The position numbers were made by a program, and so were the translations under genes. Of a DNA stretch of 64,000 bases, positions 52,501-64,000 are shown piece by piece. This stretch comes from Cyanidioschyzon merolae (lineage: Eukaryota): the NCBI GenBank assembly GCA_000091205.1, contig AP006502.2. One strand, 5' to 3'. The number at the start of each line of letters is the position of its first letter. The stretch's first letter is position 1. Below the pieces are notes generated by a model, which did not search any database, was not told the origin of the DNA, and was given only the letters and a program-made list of their open reading frames with translations.

Positions 52501-52617
52501 GGGTGCTCACGAATGCTCACCAGTGCTAGCAAAGTTCGGGCTTCTTTTTTGTCTCTATTTTAGTCCCAGCCGACGACTTGTGCGTTGCGTACTGGCTAGA
52601 CACGCTGGAAGAAAGAC

Positions 52618-55600
52618 ATGGTCCAGGAGTACCCCGCTTGGGCGAGTTTCGGAACTGGTTGGCAGGGAGCCGGAGCGCTGGCCCCCACGGCAGCTGCCTT
52701 CATCTCGCAAGGACGACTTGTTTTGGTACCTCAAGGTCGCTCTCTAAACGTGTACCGCCACGGCTTAACTAGTTGGCCGGGATCGTCACCTTCAGAGACG
52801 ACCGGCACGGCACTGATCCTGCAGCGACGTCTTCAGGCGCACGAGGGGCGCGTCACCGGCGTCGACGTGCTCGCTCCAGTCAACGTCTTTCAAGCCGTGT
52901 CCGCCTCGTTGGATGGAACTTTGCGGGTATGGGACCTGGAAGAGGGTACGCTGCTGCGCACCATTGATTTGGGCGTGCCTTTATGGAGGTGTCTTGTGGA
53001 CTCCCAGCAAGGGCGCACTTGCTATGTGCTCGCGAGTGCCTCGGACGGCACTGCAGCTGCGCTTGCGATGAACTGGTCTGAGCGAGCTACCGTGTCACGA
53101 GCTCCTATTCAAACACAAGCCATAGGCCCGGAAGTTGACAGGCCGGTTCATATGGCAACTGCTGCCTCGTCGGATGCCGGTCCGGCGTCATCTGCCCAGC
53201 CTAGTGGTAGCAATGAGCGGAAACACCTCTCACGAGCAGCAGCTCGGGCCTGCTTTGTCGCTCGCGTTGACCTGCGTACGGGACGCTGGAAAACGTTGTT
53301 CCAACTGCCTTTTGGCGAGGCTTGTATGGATCTGAGCGCCGATGGACAACTGTTGGTGGCATCTAGCGGCAATCAGCTCTATGTTTGGCGCAGCGGGGCA
53401 CCAGGCGATGTGCGTCGCTGGGAGCACACCGGTGCTCCTGTGACTACACTGAGCATAGATGCCAAGCGGGAGCGTGTTGCAGTTGGCGATAGCAGTGGCG
53501 TCATCAGCGTGTACCAGTTGCAGTCTCTTTTCCAGTCCGTAGACTCCGAGCAAAAGCAGCATTCCCAGGGTGCACCGTTGCGACAGCGTTGGCACTGGCA
53601 CGCTCGTCCCGTGCGAGCGCTCTGCTTCGGTCCAGGTAGTAGTAGTACGACGCTCTTCTCCGGGGGTCACGAAGGCGTTCTGGTGGAGTGGCACCTGCAT
53701 CAAATCGGCAACCTGCAACCGACCAAGCGCTTCTATCCGCGACTGGGTGGCCCGATTCAAGGCATCGCTGTGGAGCCGCAGACCCAAACCGCAGCGCTAA
53801 CGCTCTATCCAGGAAGTCTGATCGTCGTACATCTGCCATCCTATTCGAGCCGGACTCTTTTAAGAACGGTGATCGCTCCGTTTCCCGGCAGTGACAGACA
53901 GGAGGCGGTGGCAAGCGAACTCCGCTCCGACGCCAAGACTCGGCCTGGGTCAGCGACACGTCAGGTTGGTGCCTCTCTAGATCCCATATTGAATGTCCAC
54001 TGTAGGATGCAGACCGTTTCCTTGATGCCGGCAGTTTGTCTGGCATCGAAGCCTGGCACAGTGGAACCTATGCTTGTGTACTCCAGTCCCGACGGAGCGC
54101 TTTGTGTGTACGACATCATTCGCGATAGCGTGACTGACGTATTGCGAGTAACGACAGCGCCTCCTGTCGCTATCGCTAGGAATCCGCGAGCGTACCCATT
54201 TGCCTTCCATCTGGACGAAAGCGGCTGTTTTCTCGTGACAAGCGAAGAGAAGACGCCTCTCGGGGAGCGATGGCTCAATATGGCATCCCTCGAAGCGCGG
54301 ACAAGTCGGCAAGTATGCCTCCGATTCTGGTGCATTCCCCCAGCAGCCGCAAAAGCATCGGTAACCGACACAAACGAAGCCGAGCTGCAACTGCGACCGT
54401 GCGAAAGCGTGACGCTCCTGCATCGCGACCCGCTGGTGCTTCTAGCGGTGCGGCACTCGCAGGCATTTTCTTTGGACTGTTCGGGAACCTGGGCGGTTTG
54501 GCAATGGACCCTTGGCAACGTCGCAGGAACGCCTGTGCAGGATACCTCGCAGGCGATCTGGTCTGTTCACGCATTCAGTACTACCAAACTGCGCTGTCCG
54601 GTGCGTTTGGTTGCGGCGCTGCTCACGAGAGACGCCTCCTTGTTGGTTACGCTCCGTGCAGATGGTGTCCTGCAGATCTTTGCGGTGCAGGAAACGCTCC
54701 AGCTTGTGCACCAGGAAGCTGTCTCGGAACTCGTGCATCATTTCTTGAGCTCGGGCGACGTCATCGGGGCCTCGCAAGCACCCCTGATGCAGCTCGATGC
54801 GTTGGAAGTCGTCGCATCCGGTCAACTGCTGATCAGTGTTCGAGGTGAACGAATGCCGCCCCAGCTGGTGGTATACGATATGGCTCGTGCACAAGTGCGA
54901 TGGCGCCTTGTCCTAGCCGCCGACGCTGTCGCCGCGCTGACACCAACAGCAGCACTGGCAACGCTCACGAACGAAGCCTCTATACCGATGGATGTGTTTG
55001 CCGTGGCGCTTGCGTCGATACCAGCGGTACTCCTGTTTCGAGCGCTCGGGGAACCGACCCCGATGGCAATATGGCGGTTGCCCAGCGGCACGAGACCCCG
55101 CATCCTGTTGACCCATCCGCTGGTGCCGTTGGCGGTGCTTGACGACGATGCGCATTTGCATCTTCCCGAAGGCCCGTTGGATCCGTTCGCCGAGGAGGAT
55201 ATGGCGGTGCTTCGGATGGCCTTGCTGACGCGTTCCCAGGAAGAGGCGTGGCGGGAATCGCAAGCGCCCAGCTGGTTTGAGCACCTGCCTACCGAGGACC
55301 CGCTGGAGCCTCCAAGAGTGCAAGTCTCGCCGCAAGTTCCCGTGGAATCGTTGTTAAGCGACACTGTGCCCGCGTTTATGTCGTTGGAAACGTGCCTGGA
55401 TGCACTGCTTGGGCATCCAGGGACGCAGATGCCGGCGTCACAGACAGCTGCTACGGTAGAGGAACCTGCGCAACTTTCTGTATCGTCTAGCGGAGCGCAG
55501 CGTTCGCTCCATAGTCCGCAAGAACCTCCAGAGTCTACGTTACATATTCCACTGGGACCTGAAGCGGTGGCGAACATCCTGGGAGGGCATGGAGCGCGCT

Positions 55601-55635
55601 TTCGACAACTTCGGCTGCAGCGACTCAGCGGTTAG
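52618..55635 (+). CDS. WDR75: WD40-repeat nucleolar protein, WDR75/Utp17(Nan1)-like t-UTP component of the SSU processome
   Basis: N-terminal similarity to WDR75: RLQAHEGRVTGVDVLAPVNVFQAVSASLDGTLRVWDLEEGTLLRTIDLGVPLWRCLV, versus metazoan ..HGH.N.VTG..LNP.N.LQLYSCSLDGTIKLWD..DG.L.KTF..G.KL. Further WD-like blades include SGVISVYQL, GALCVYDI and GVLQIFAV. Several antisense ORFs (53230-54518 and 54822-55577, minus strand) are regarded as spurious. Confidence 0.6.
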   Translation: MVQEYPAWASFGTGWQGAGALAPTAAAFISQGRLVLVPQGRSLNVYRHGLTSWPGSSPSETTGTALILQRRLQAHEGRVTGVDVLAPVNVFQAVSASLDGTLRVWDLEEGTLLRTIDLGVPLWRCLVDSQQGRTCYVLASASDGTAAALAMNWSERATVSRAPIQTQAIGPEVDRPVHMATAASSDAGPASSAQPSGSNERKHLSRAAARACFVARVDLRTGRWKTLFQLPFGEACMDLSADGQLLVASSGNQLYVWRSGAPGDVRRWEHTGAPVTTLSIDAKRERVAVGDSSGVISVYQLQSLFQSVDSEQKQHSQGAPLRQRWHWHARPVRALCFGPGSSSTTLFSGGHEGVLVEWHLHQIGNLQPTKRFYPRLGGPIQGIAVEPQTQTAALTLYPGSLIVVHLPSYSSRTLLRTVIAPFPGSDRQEAVASELRSDAKTRPGSATRQVGASLDPILNVHCRMQTVSLMPAVCLASKPGTVEPMLVYSSPDGALCVYDIIRDSVTDVLRVTTAPPVAIARNPRAYPFAFHLDESGCFLVTSEEKTPLGERWLNMASLEARTSRQVCLRFWCIPPAAAKASVTDTNEAELQLRPCESVTLLHRDPLVLLAVRHSQAFSLDCSGTWAVWQWTLGNVAGTPVQDTSQAIWSVHAFSTTKLRCPVRLVAALLTRDASLLVTLRADGVLQIFAVQETLQLVHQEAVSELVHHFLSSGDVIGASQAPLMQLDALEVVASGQLLISVRGERMPPQLVVYDMARAQVRWRLVLAADAVAALTPTAALATLTNEASIPMDVFAVALASIPAVLLFRALGEPTPMAIWRLPSGTRPRILLTHPLVPLAVLDDDAHLHLPEGPLDPFAEEDMAVLRMALLTRSQEEAWRESQAPSWFEHLPTEDPLEPPRVQVSPQVPVESLLSDTVPAFMSLETCLDALLGHPGTQMPASQTAATVEEPAQLSVSSSGAQRSLHSPQEPPESTLHIPLGPEAVANILGGHGARFRQLRLQRLSG

Positions 55636-58600
55636 ACTGCGAGCATCGAAGTTTGGAACATCTCTACCAATACGTGTTTTTTGGTCTGGATTGTCTCTGG
55701 TATTCAGGTTCAGCAGTAGGAATGTTTCCGATAGATTGGGGCATGGTGGTGGAATGACTTTATGATATCGCTGCGGGCCTGCGGGGGAAACGCCCTTGCC
55801 TCAACTTCTGGTTCATACTGCGGTGTTCCGGTGGTTGAACCACCGATTCAGAAGTACTTGCCTTGAACGCCAACACCCGAAATTGAAGATGTCAAACGCA
55901 ATCTATATTGCCACGTCTTTGTCAATCGATTCTACTCCATAGATCCCCTCAGAATGACCATCAAAGAGGCAACAGTTTGTGAAGTTTCCATGATACTCGC
56001 ACGAACATTGATGAAGAGACATGGATCGACACGGAATGAAGCAGGCTTCCATGGCAGACAGTCCACGTTGAATCGTACCTTGCCGATTTCGTACTGACAT
56101 GCGAATACTTAATCCATTTGGGACGTGTGCTCGTCTCGCTTCGTGAGGCTTCATTCGGCGTGCGCGGTAAACGCTTATATGGGTAGTCAAAGACACGCGA
56201 ACCGCTGGTTGTAAAGAAGAGCGAAGCGAGCATTCCAACAACATTGCGATTAGCGGCGATGCTGTCGTGTGTTCGCCTGCGACTCGCCGAGCGAACTGGA
56301 TTGTTCTCCAGTGCATCATTCATCAAAAGCGTTCCTCCTGGTTTTTCGTAATCATATGCCTGTATCCTGCTACGACATAACGTCGCTTTAGATCGCTCAA
56401 GAACGGTTATGGAGTTCTTTGCTGAGATCGGCGGTGAGCTGCTCTTCGCACCAGCCTATGCTCGCTGGTGAATCCACTCGATGGCGTCTTCGACGTGGGT
56501 ACCTGCCAATCTACATATCCACGGATCAATAAAAAGCATTCCTTCGCATCGATGAAATCGTTTTCCGAAAAGCTGTTCGGTACATGCACCAGCCCTGAGC
56601 TGTTGTGTTGCCGCTCTGCACATGCGCGAGATGCAGATCGTGACGTAAAAGATTGAAGGAATAGTGGATGTATACAAGGGAAAGGCGAGTTTCAATGGCT
56701 CTGTGCGTCCATAACGTCTTAATGCTGGAGGCGAAACCCGACACAGAGCGTAGGGACTACAGCTCTATTACCTTGGTGCATAACGGAAAAGGCGGTGAAA
56801 GATTCGGTCCCTGCAAGCAAGCAAGTTTAGAGCATTCGGGGAACTCCGAGCAGAGCACTGGCGGGGCTCGTTCACGATTTCTGGCGTCCTTGAAGGGTAC
56901 CGAAGAAAGTCTCTGGGGACAACGGAGACGGACGGAGTACCCATGTGCGTGCGTTCTGTGATACCAAGGCTTTAGTCGACAAACAAGACTCTTTTTCACC
57001 CGCTCAACACGCGTGACCAGAGGCAGTTTGTGGTGGACATCCAAATCGAGTTGAACGACACCATGACCGTCGCCGCAACTCCTATTCTAGAGAACGACAC
57101 GAAAGGCAGGAGCAGGAAGCAGATGCTGCTGCTGCTGCTGCTGCTGCTCAGCATTTCCAGCGCTCTACATGATCGAGAGCAGGGCTTCATCGACGGCAGG
57201 AAGCGCCCTAACAAATGAAAGGTCGGCGTCGCGACTTGGAGTTCGACTTCGACGCCCTGAGCACCTTTTCGAGCAAAGCGACACGCGCGGCACGCTTCAT
57301 GAAGGGAGCGTACGTCATCGTCCAAATGGCTTGTGCAGACGGCCTGTGGCAGTTCCTCGGATCGCACAAGCATCGTCTACCGCTTCGGTTGTGCGGAGGC
57401 AGGAAGCGTCCATTCGACTGCTCGATCCAAGAGCTGGGAACGCAAATGACCGATGAGTAACGTCGCTTGGTGGTAGCCAATGGCGCTGGACGTGCTGTGG
57501 CGCAGAAAGGCTGCACGCCTGCTTCTTGAACGACAGCATATGATAAACCATGAATCGATTCTGAAACCACACCCATGGATATGTTCAGGACGACGTGAAC
57601 GCATCACGAGCTCGGGCGCAAACAAAAACTGTTAGAGAAGAAGAGCGTGAGGCGGAGTCAGATGCACGGGATTGTGTACGGTAAGCTGACTTCACGACCG
57701 ATGGCGAGCTAATCGAAAATGAGAAGCATACTCTGGTGTGATTCTACTGCCAACAATGGGCGCAGGCAGTTTGTAGACCGCGACTCGATCGCCTCGATGA
57801 CCATTCGGGTATGTCCCATGCTTCCGGAGCGTTCAGCGGTATTGGCTCGAGCGAACGAACGGACGAACGAACATCCCGATGAGTCGTTGAGTGCTCCATA
57901 TGGATCATTTCCTGAAACGCTGCAGACTTTTGATGAAAATAACCAGCGTCCGGTCGACAGAGGATTCGATTCGCGCCTGCAGCTAGCCATGGTACCGCGC
58001 GTTTCACCAGTACTCCAGAGCTAAAGCGCGATCTCCATGTTTCCACTGGGAGCTGTTTTTCATGGGAGTTGTTGAACGAAAGCGATGGTGCATTACTCGA
58101 TATCACAGATTATAGACGTCCATGTCTATCAGGTTTATGCATGGGCCACATGCAGCAAGCAAGTCATCGAGGTTTCTGTTGTGCAAAGAGGTGATGGCTC
58201 CCAAGCAAACCGATTTGCGTATGTGTTGGTTTCTTCCGCGTGTGTGTGTGTGTGTGCCAGTCCATGGCTATGGCTGCTATTTATCCAGATGTCATGGTGT
58301 ATACCCCGTGGTACACAAGGATGAGCGCGACAATGTAAAATCTCTTACGTGCGAGACAAATGTCGTCCAAATGCGACCCAGAGAGTTCTCCATGACACCG
58401 TTATAGAATTGGATGGCTGGTGAACGGTTAAGGCCTTGCGGTCCGCCTGTGTACCTTTCAGATATTGTCTTTGCTGTCCGATACTGAAGCAGAATAGTTT
58501 CGGACGTAACCTCTAGACTTGAACGATAGCACTTCACGCGAACCTGTAGATAGTGTTTGATTCGTCGGCAAGTTCCTTGGTCCAGAGGAGTGGTCGAAAC

Positions 58601-59212
58601 CAAGCGAACATCGCCGGTCGCTAATGAAAGTACCGGTGATGATTTCCAGTTTCAACCTGTATCAAGCAGTGCCACCAGAATCTAGGCGATGCATCAGACA
58701 ACCGTTTCGAGCCTGACACGTGAGAGATAATGCTTTTGAACCTATCTTGTTCAGTGAAAATCGCACAACTTGGCTTGGGTGTGTTCTACTTTGAAACTTT
58801 CAAGCGCTTCCCTATTCCATGCCTCAGATATCCCTTGTGCCTTTGGTGCACTATGTATATGGCCCCAAGCGCATCTCTTGCATTCTTTTTACTTGGAAAC
58901 CCAGTAAGCGTTTCACGCTTCCCAGGGGTCATCGGCGACCCGGCTTTTGACGTTCCGTAAGACCTCTCCAGCATCACCTCCATAGAATCTTCCTTGGAAA
59001 CCTTCAGGGAATTTCCATACACTTGATTTGGCGATCCTTTTCGTCTTCCTTGGGGTATTTGACCTCCAGCGCATTGCCAGGATGAACTTTCCCGTGAAAA
59101 CCTTGACGTAACTCCCTCGCTTTGATTGATCCTGTTCGCCGATAAAGCGGTATTCGACCTCTAGCGCATCGGTTGGATGAACTTTACATAAACATCTCCA
59201 AGAAATTCCCTT

Positions 59213-61561
59213 TTACCCGCGTGCCAAATATTTCCTTTTGAGCTCCCGGTACGTTTCCAGGAGCTCCGGATCCATACAGGCATGTGTATTGTCCAGTGGT
59301 TCATCGTCGAGGATGCGTTTCACAGCGACTTCCATTTTCTTCATGTTCCTCGTATAGGGAATACCTGGAACAACGATGACCGTATGAGGAACATGCCGCG
59401 GAGATAACGACTGCCGCAGACGATTCACGATACGGGATCGAAGCTCCGAGTCTTCCAGTGGGCCCAGAGGAGCTTCGTGCGCCAGTTTCACAAAGAGAAT
59501 GATACGCACATCGTCGTGCCAACGTTGACCAGCTACCAGCGAGTCGCTAACCTCCGGCATGCGTTCGAGGACTGTGTAGAAATCAGCGGACCCAAGACGC
59601 ACACCACCGGGTTTCAGAGTGGCATCGCTCCGTCCCCGAATGATCAACGAACGTTCATGACCTGGTTCGCGAACCACGACGCGTGCATAGTCACCGTGGT
59701 GCCACACAGTCTCCCCAAAAGTTCTGAAGTAGGCCGAGCGATACATGGATGCATCAGTGGTGTCGTTCCAAAAAAAGAGCGGCATCGAAGGACAGGCGTT
59801 CGTGCACACCAACTCACCGTCCTGATTCTCGACCGGATGGCCGTGTGCGTCAAAGACCTGTACCCCAAGACCCAGCGCGCATGACTGTAACTCACCAGCG
59901 TACACTGCCCGACGCTGGAGTCCCAGTGCAAAGCACCCGTTGATATCCGTACCACCGGACATGCTCCAGTAACGGACGTGGCGACCAACGCGCGCCCAGA
60001 CGTATCGAAAGTTTGCAACCGTCGACGGTGAACCGGTCACCAGCACTGCCTGCAATCGCCCTAGAGACCATCGAGCTGGATGAACACCTAGCTGTTCTTG
60101 GATCTGCAGAAACTTGGCACCACATCCAAAATGGGTGACTTGCTCCTCTGCGACAATGCGCCAGAGGGCATCCTGCGGTGCATAGCCTGTCGACAATGAC
60201 GGATCGGTGTCGCGAGGTGTACTTTGTGTGTTCTCAGGGGCACCCGCTTCAACGCTTGCCGGGTGCTCCAGGGATGACCAAACCGCAGCGCCGTCGTAGA
60301 GAATCAGTCGACAGCCACGCGCTAGAGCTGCAACACTCCAGTTCCACATCATCCAACCACAGGTCGTGTAGAAAAAAAGCGTATGCTCTGGACCCATTGC
60401 GTAGTGCAGCAACTGCTCCTTCTCCTGGGTGAGCAGGATACCAGCACCCTGCGCCATGCACTTGGGTCTACCAGTGGTGCCCGAACTGAACATGGTCACC
60501 ACTGGATCTCGATCGAAACGAATACGTCGAAACGGGATCGCTGGCAATGCCTCATCGACAGCGGGCTCAGGTGATGCGGACGGAAAGCACTGCCAGTTGG
60601 GAGCGTCCAGGTGCTCGACTAGCGCGTCTCGCGGGCATCCGTACGGCACGATCCATACCGGAATGCCGGTGACAGCGTTCTCCTCATTGTTTTCGTTTCG
60701 TTTTTCTGTTCCCAGACGAGATGCAATTTTCTGTGCCTTTTTTAAACAGTCGTGGCGCTTACCTTTGAAGACAACAGCGTCCGCTGTAATCAGCAGCCGT
60801 GGTTGAAGTTGTCCGAATCGATCGACAGCGGCATCTTCACCAAAGTCAGGAGAGCAGGATGCCCAGATACCTCCCAGACTCGTCACTGCGAGCATCGCTA
60901 TGATCGTCTCGGGGATATTGGGGAGAAACCCCACCACGTGTTCGCCGCAACTGAGATGCAGTTGTTGTTCGAGCGCTTCAGCGACACGCGCAACCCATGC
61001 ATACAACTGGCGGTAAGAGAGCTCGCGGCGGGGAATGCCAGAGCCCGGCTCGCTGCGGAACACAATACTTGCCTGGGGATTACGCAGAATGTTCTCAGCG
61101 TAGTTCACTCGAATGTTCGGTAACCACCGGAGGCCGGTTATCGGCATGGTTCCCACAGTTGTGCGAGTGTGGGAATGTACAGGACTGCTGCTTTCGTTGT
61201 CGTTCTGGTTGGCGCCAGTGCCTATGCGCGTGCCTCTGCAAGCGGTCTCCAGCTGAAGTGTAGCTTCTCGGTTCGTGATAGGGACGTTGGCGTCCGTCAC
61301 CGGGGCACCAGTATCATCATAGAGACGAATACCCGCAAAATCGATGAATGTTCGGTAAAAGTCAGCGTCATGTTCAACTGAGAGCCGGTGCAGCCGCTCA
61401 AAGTCAAAGCTTTCGTGGTGCTGCACGGCCTCTTTGCCATAGAGTCGGCGCTCGAAAGCAGCTGCAAACCGCACCACAGGGTCGTCTGGTTGCCAAGGCG
61501 TGCTGTCTAATACCTGGTGGCCTTCGCACCAGACGTCCACAGCGTCCGCGTCATCGTCCAT
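59213..61561 (-). CDS. AACS: Acetoacetyl-CoA synthetase (acetoacetate-CoA ligase, ANL superfamily)
   Basis: Length (~780 aa) and C-terminal motifs are characteristic of AACS: SDATLKPGGVRLGSADFYTVLE..VSDSLVAGQ..DVRIILFVKL..PRHVPHTVIVVPGIPYTRNMKKMEVAVKRIL. Mid-region contains FSSGTTGRPKCMAQGAGILLTQEKEQLLHY (AMP-binding motifs). Confidence 0.9.
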   Translation of the reverse strand: MDDDADAVDVWCEGHQVLDSTPWQPDDPVVRFAAAFERRLYGKEAVQHHESFDFERLHRLSVEHDADFYRTFIDFAGIRLYDDTGAPVTDANVPITNREATLQLETACRGTRIGTGANQNDNESSSPVHSHTRTTVGTMPITGLRWLPNIRVNYAENILRNPQASIVFRSEPGSGIPRRELSYRQLYAWVARVAEALEQQLHLSCGEHVVGFLPNIPETIIAMLAVTSLGGIWASCSPDFGEDAAVDRFGQLQPRLLITADAVVFKGKRHDCLKKAQKIASRLGTEKRNENNEENAVTGIPVWIVPYGCPRDALVEHLDAPNWQCFPSASPEPAVDEALPAIPFRRIRFDRDPVVTMFSSGTTGRPKCMAQGAGILLTQEKEQLLHYAMGPEHTLFFYTTCGWMMWNWSVAALARGCRLILYDGAAVWSSLEHPASVEAGAPENTQSTPRDTDPSLSTGYAPQDALWRIVAEEQVTHFGCGAKFLQIQEQLGVHPARWSLGRLQAVLVTGSPSTVANFRYVWARVGRHVRYWSMSGGTDINGCFALGLQRRAVYAGELQSCALGLGVQVFDAHGHPVENQDGELVCTNACPSMPLFFWNDTTDASMYRSAYFRTFGETVWHHGDYARVVVREPGHERSLIIRGRSDATLKPGGVRLGSADFYTVLERMPEVSDSLVAGQRWHDDVRIILFVKLAHEAPLGPLEDSELRSRIVNRLRQSLSPRHVPHTVIVVPGIPYTRNMKKMEVAVKRILDDEPLDNTHACMDPELLETYRELKRKYLARG

Positions 61562-64000
61562 GAGACGCGGCCTTCTCGTGACTAGGTCTGTTCCACGTGA
61601 GCGGACTAGACGGGTACCACGGTGAACGCCAGGGATCGCTCACCGATCCCGATGCAAAGACACACAGTCAGGTACAGACACGCACCCTAGTTTATTCCAA
61701 AGCCCAAGTGGCGCTTCGAGGAGCAACGCTATTTTCCCCAGCGCTTTGGTGGGTAATCTGCAGATGTTGTCCTTCACAAAAATTGGTATCTGATTTGAGC
61801 AGCGCCGAGCGCGCTCACGCGTTTTCGATTTCGATCGATGCTATCGCTTCTGGTACCGGGAAAATCTGCGCAACTCGATGAATGCTGAAGGCTGTTTCAC
61901 TTGGAAGGGCAAGCTTCGGTTGGCAGGCTCTGTGAACGTTGTCGCGTCGTCGCTATAGCCGCGTCAGATTACGATAGGCCATGGGGCTGCTCGTCCTGTT
62001 CGTGCCTTGAGATTTTCTGGACTTTATTTTGTAGATATACTGCCACGTCATTCACAGTGCAACAAGAAGCGCACACGGATGCATACACTGTTAAAAGATG
62101 CTCTATCGTCTTCTCTGAGTTGGTTAGTCGAATGTTCCGGGCTGGAATTCATGGCGTCAGCGCAATCAACACGATTTACGACGCCCTCGAATCAGCGTTC
62201 GAAACATACCCGATATCATCATCCAGTTCATACGTACAGGACTCCACTATTCTGCTTTCCCAATGTCTAGTATGCTCAGATCATGCACGCTTCAAGTTTT
62301 TGATGTTCCTGTCTCAAGGAATTAGGTGCGCGGGGCACTGCTCGCTGCTTGATGAACGAGGAAACAAATTCGACGTCGTTCCTTGACGACTTGTTTACAA
62401 GCTCATGCCAAACGTTCGCTCAACTTATCGCGTCAAATAATTGGTTTCGTTCTAAAGATAAAGCCTATTCTTTTTGTGGCCATCGACGAAACGGCATTCG
62501 ACCCCAGCAATGGTATCTCGGGAGGAATATGCCTCAAGACGATCCTGTCTCTTCTGTTTGCTTGATAACAAGTCTTGGACTCGGACTTGAGTCGTCGCAA
62601 CAATCGCACAAAGCGGAGCGTGCGTCACCATTTTGCATAACGGGAGCGTAGACGGATCAAATCTCTGGAACTCCTTCTCAGATTGGATTCTCCGTCCACT
62701 GCCTGATCCGTCAAGAACAATACTGTGTTGCACAAATCCTCTGTCGAATAGAGCAGCTCGTCGTTGCGCGTGCTGCGGACAGAGAACTACCCTGAGGCAT
62801 TACCACAAAGACGCCTGCGATCGCCGGTTGCAGCTTCGGGATCGAAAAACAGTGGTCGGCATGCGGGGTGCCTTCCGTATCCTCCCCGGGGATGTACTGG
62901 TCGGTGAGGCAAGCTTTCATGTGCCGCAGGCCGCCTTGGAGAAGGGAATATGGTGGGCGTATGGAAAAGCCTGGATCTACTCAAGCGGTATCGCTGTGCA
63001 AGTCGTACCGAGGCCGAATACAAAAAACATTCGCAGATGGCTGCTTTTGCATATGCATGAAATGCGCCGACAGCAACCACAACCTGCGAAATCGGGACGC
63101 TATGGCTGCCTTGAACATCAAACGATGTGTGCGGTAATGACGACGAGACACGCGAGGCTGGCGCGAGCGACCCTCATGGGGCATCCTCTCAGGCTAGAGG
63201 TGAACAAGGAGAAGCTGAAGCAGATGGCAAGCGGCCGATCGAAAAAGGCCAGGAGTGGTCTGTGAGTGAGTATTCCCTTGCCCTGCATGGCCGTGGGACA
63301 TTTTCGTTCCATGGAGCATGCTGGTCTGCAACCATTTTTTAGCTGGCAAATCGATTAAACAGGCCAGGGATCGCCGACTGTGCCCTTGGTATCAGCGCGT
63401 GGTGAAGCAAGCATCATTCCACGCCCTACTTGCAAATTCCATAACCCATACCTCTTCTCGGATATACTGGTCACTTTATTCGTTCTATCGTGCGCCGAGT
63501 ACCTGCCCTGATCATCCGCGATAGCGCCTATTCCGCCTGTGCAGTCGCTGCACGGAGAGAGAACGGCGTCGCCGTACCACTGAGGACGTCGGGTCGAGGA
63601 ACGCTACCCCTGATGGGGAGTTAGAGTACATAATCTTTCTGGGAGCCTGGAAGCTCTGCATACAGACCTATAGTCTGTATGCAGCGCGAAGCGATACGCA
63701 AGGAGATGATTGCGACCAGGGTGGTGCCCAAACGCAGCATACCCGCTCCTTGTACCAGAATAAACTGCGTTTCGAACGAGTTGCTCAGATCTCAATTAAG
63801 TAGCTACCGCTGGGGGAGCATGAAGCACTGCTGTGGCAGACACGTCCGGCTCGCGGGACATTTCGCCTAAAGAATAAACTTTCGGCAATCTGGACGCCGT
63901 TTTCCCCTTTTAATGTTTACCATAGAGGGGAGAGAAATTGTCATATCGTTGCTAGTTAGTCGTGAGTCTCTGTTCTTTGTTCTACATAGTGCGCTCGAGA

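Noticed and set aside
53230-55577. Series of minus-strand ORFs of 180-250 aa (53230..53787, 53504..54046, 53961..54518, 54822..55577)
   Set aside because: All lie antisense within the WD40 (WDR75-like) gene. They have no recognisable motifs and are Ser/Ala/Arg-rich.
55829-55845. Small hairpin cggtgg-ttgaa-ccaccg ~200 bp downstream of the WDR75-like stop
   Set aside because: A 6-bp stem is within chance expectation in GC-rich DNA. Eukaryotic mRNA 3' ends do not use rho-independent terminators.
63656-63685. Perfect 12-bp inverted repeat ctgcatacagac-ctata-gtctgtatgcag (plus ccccTGATgggg at 63607-63618)
   Set aside because: Striking but isolated. There are no flanking features suggesting a TIR pair, an origin or a structured RNA. 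It is noted here only as a curiosity.
1-64000. Search by eye for tRNA (GGTTCGAATCC B-box), 5S, U2 and U6 signatures in all intergenic intervals
   Set aside because: No convincing A-box/B-box pair or snRNA hallmark was found. I cannot exclude small RNAs without a covariance-model scan (tRNAscan-SE or Infernal).

Overview
This window looks like nuclear DNA from a GC-rich, compact, apparently intron-poor eukaryote. I can support 13 protein-coding genes, on both strands, each as one uninterrupted ORF of up to 14.1 kb, plus one speculative small ORF. The proteins are eukaryote-specific: a VPS13-like lipid-transfer protein, an atypical E2F, the proteasome lid subunit Rpn8, nucleolar proteins Sas10/Utp3 and a WDR75/Utp17-like WD40 protein, a RING-H2 ligase and an A20/AN1 zinc-finger protein. 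Several organelle-targeted enzymes are also present: a nuclear-encoded mitochondrial ATP synthase alpha with a presequence, an MEP-pathway IspF, histidinol-phosphate aminotransferase, and a YvcK/CofD-family protein. Taken together, these genes suggest a plastid-bearing, intron-poor lineage, possibly a unicellular red-alga-like genome, though that is inference. No rRNA, tRNA, CRISPR or obvious transposon could be supported by eye. Trinucleotide microsatellites are frequent, many of them in-frame inside genes and encoding Q/S/A/H/D runs. There are also a few minisatellites and short dispersed repeats. The most unusual item is a single ORF that joins an IspF domain to a HisE domain (phosphoribosyl-ATP pyrophosphatase). 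The main limits are that I cannot detect spliced genes by eye, exact start codons are uncertain, and all homology calls rest on remembered family motifs rather than database searches.
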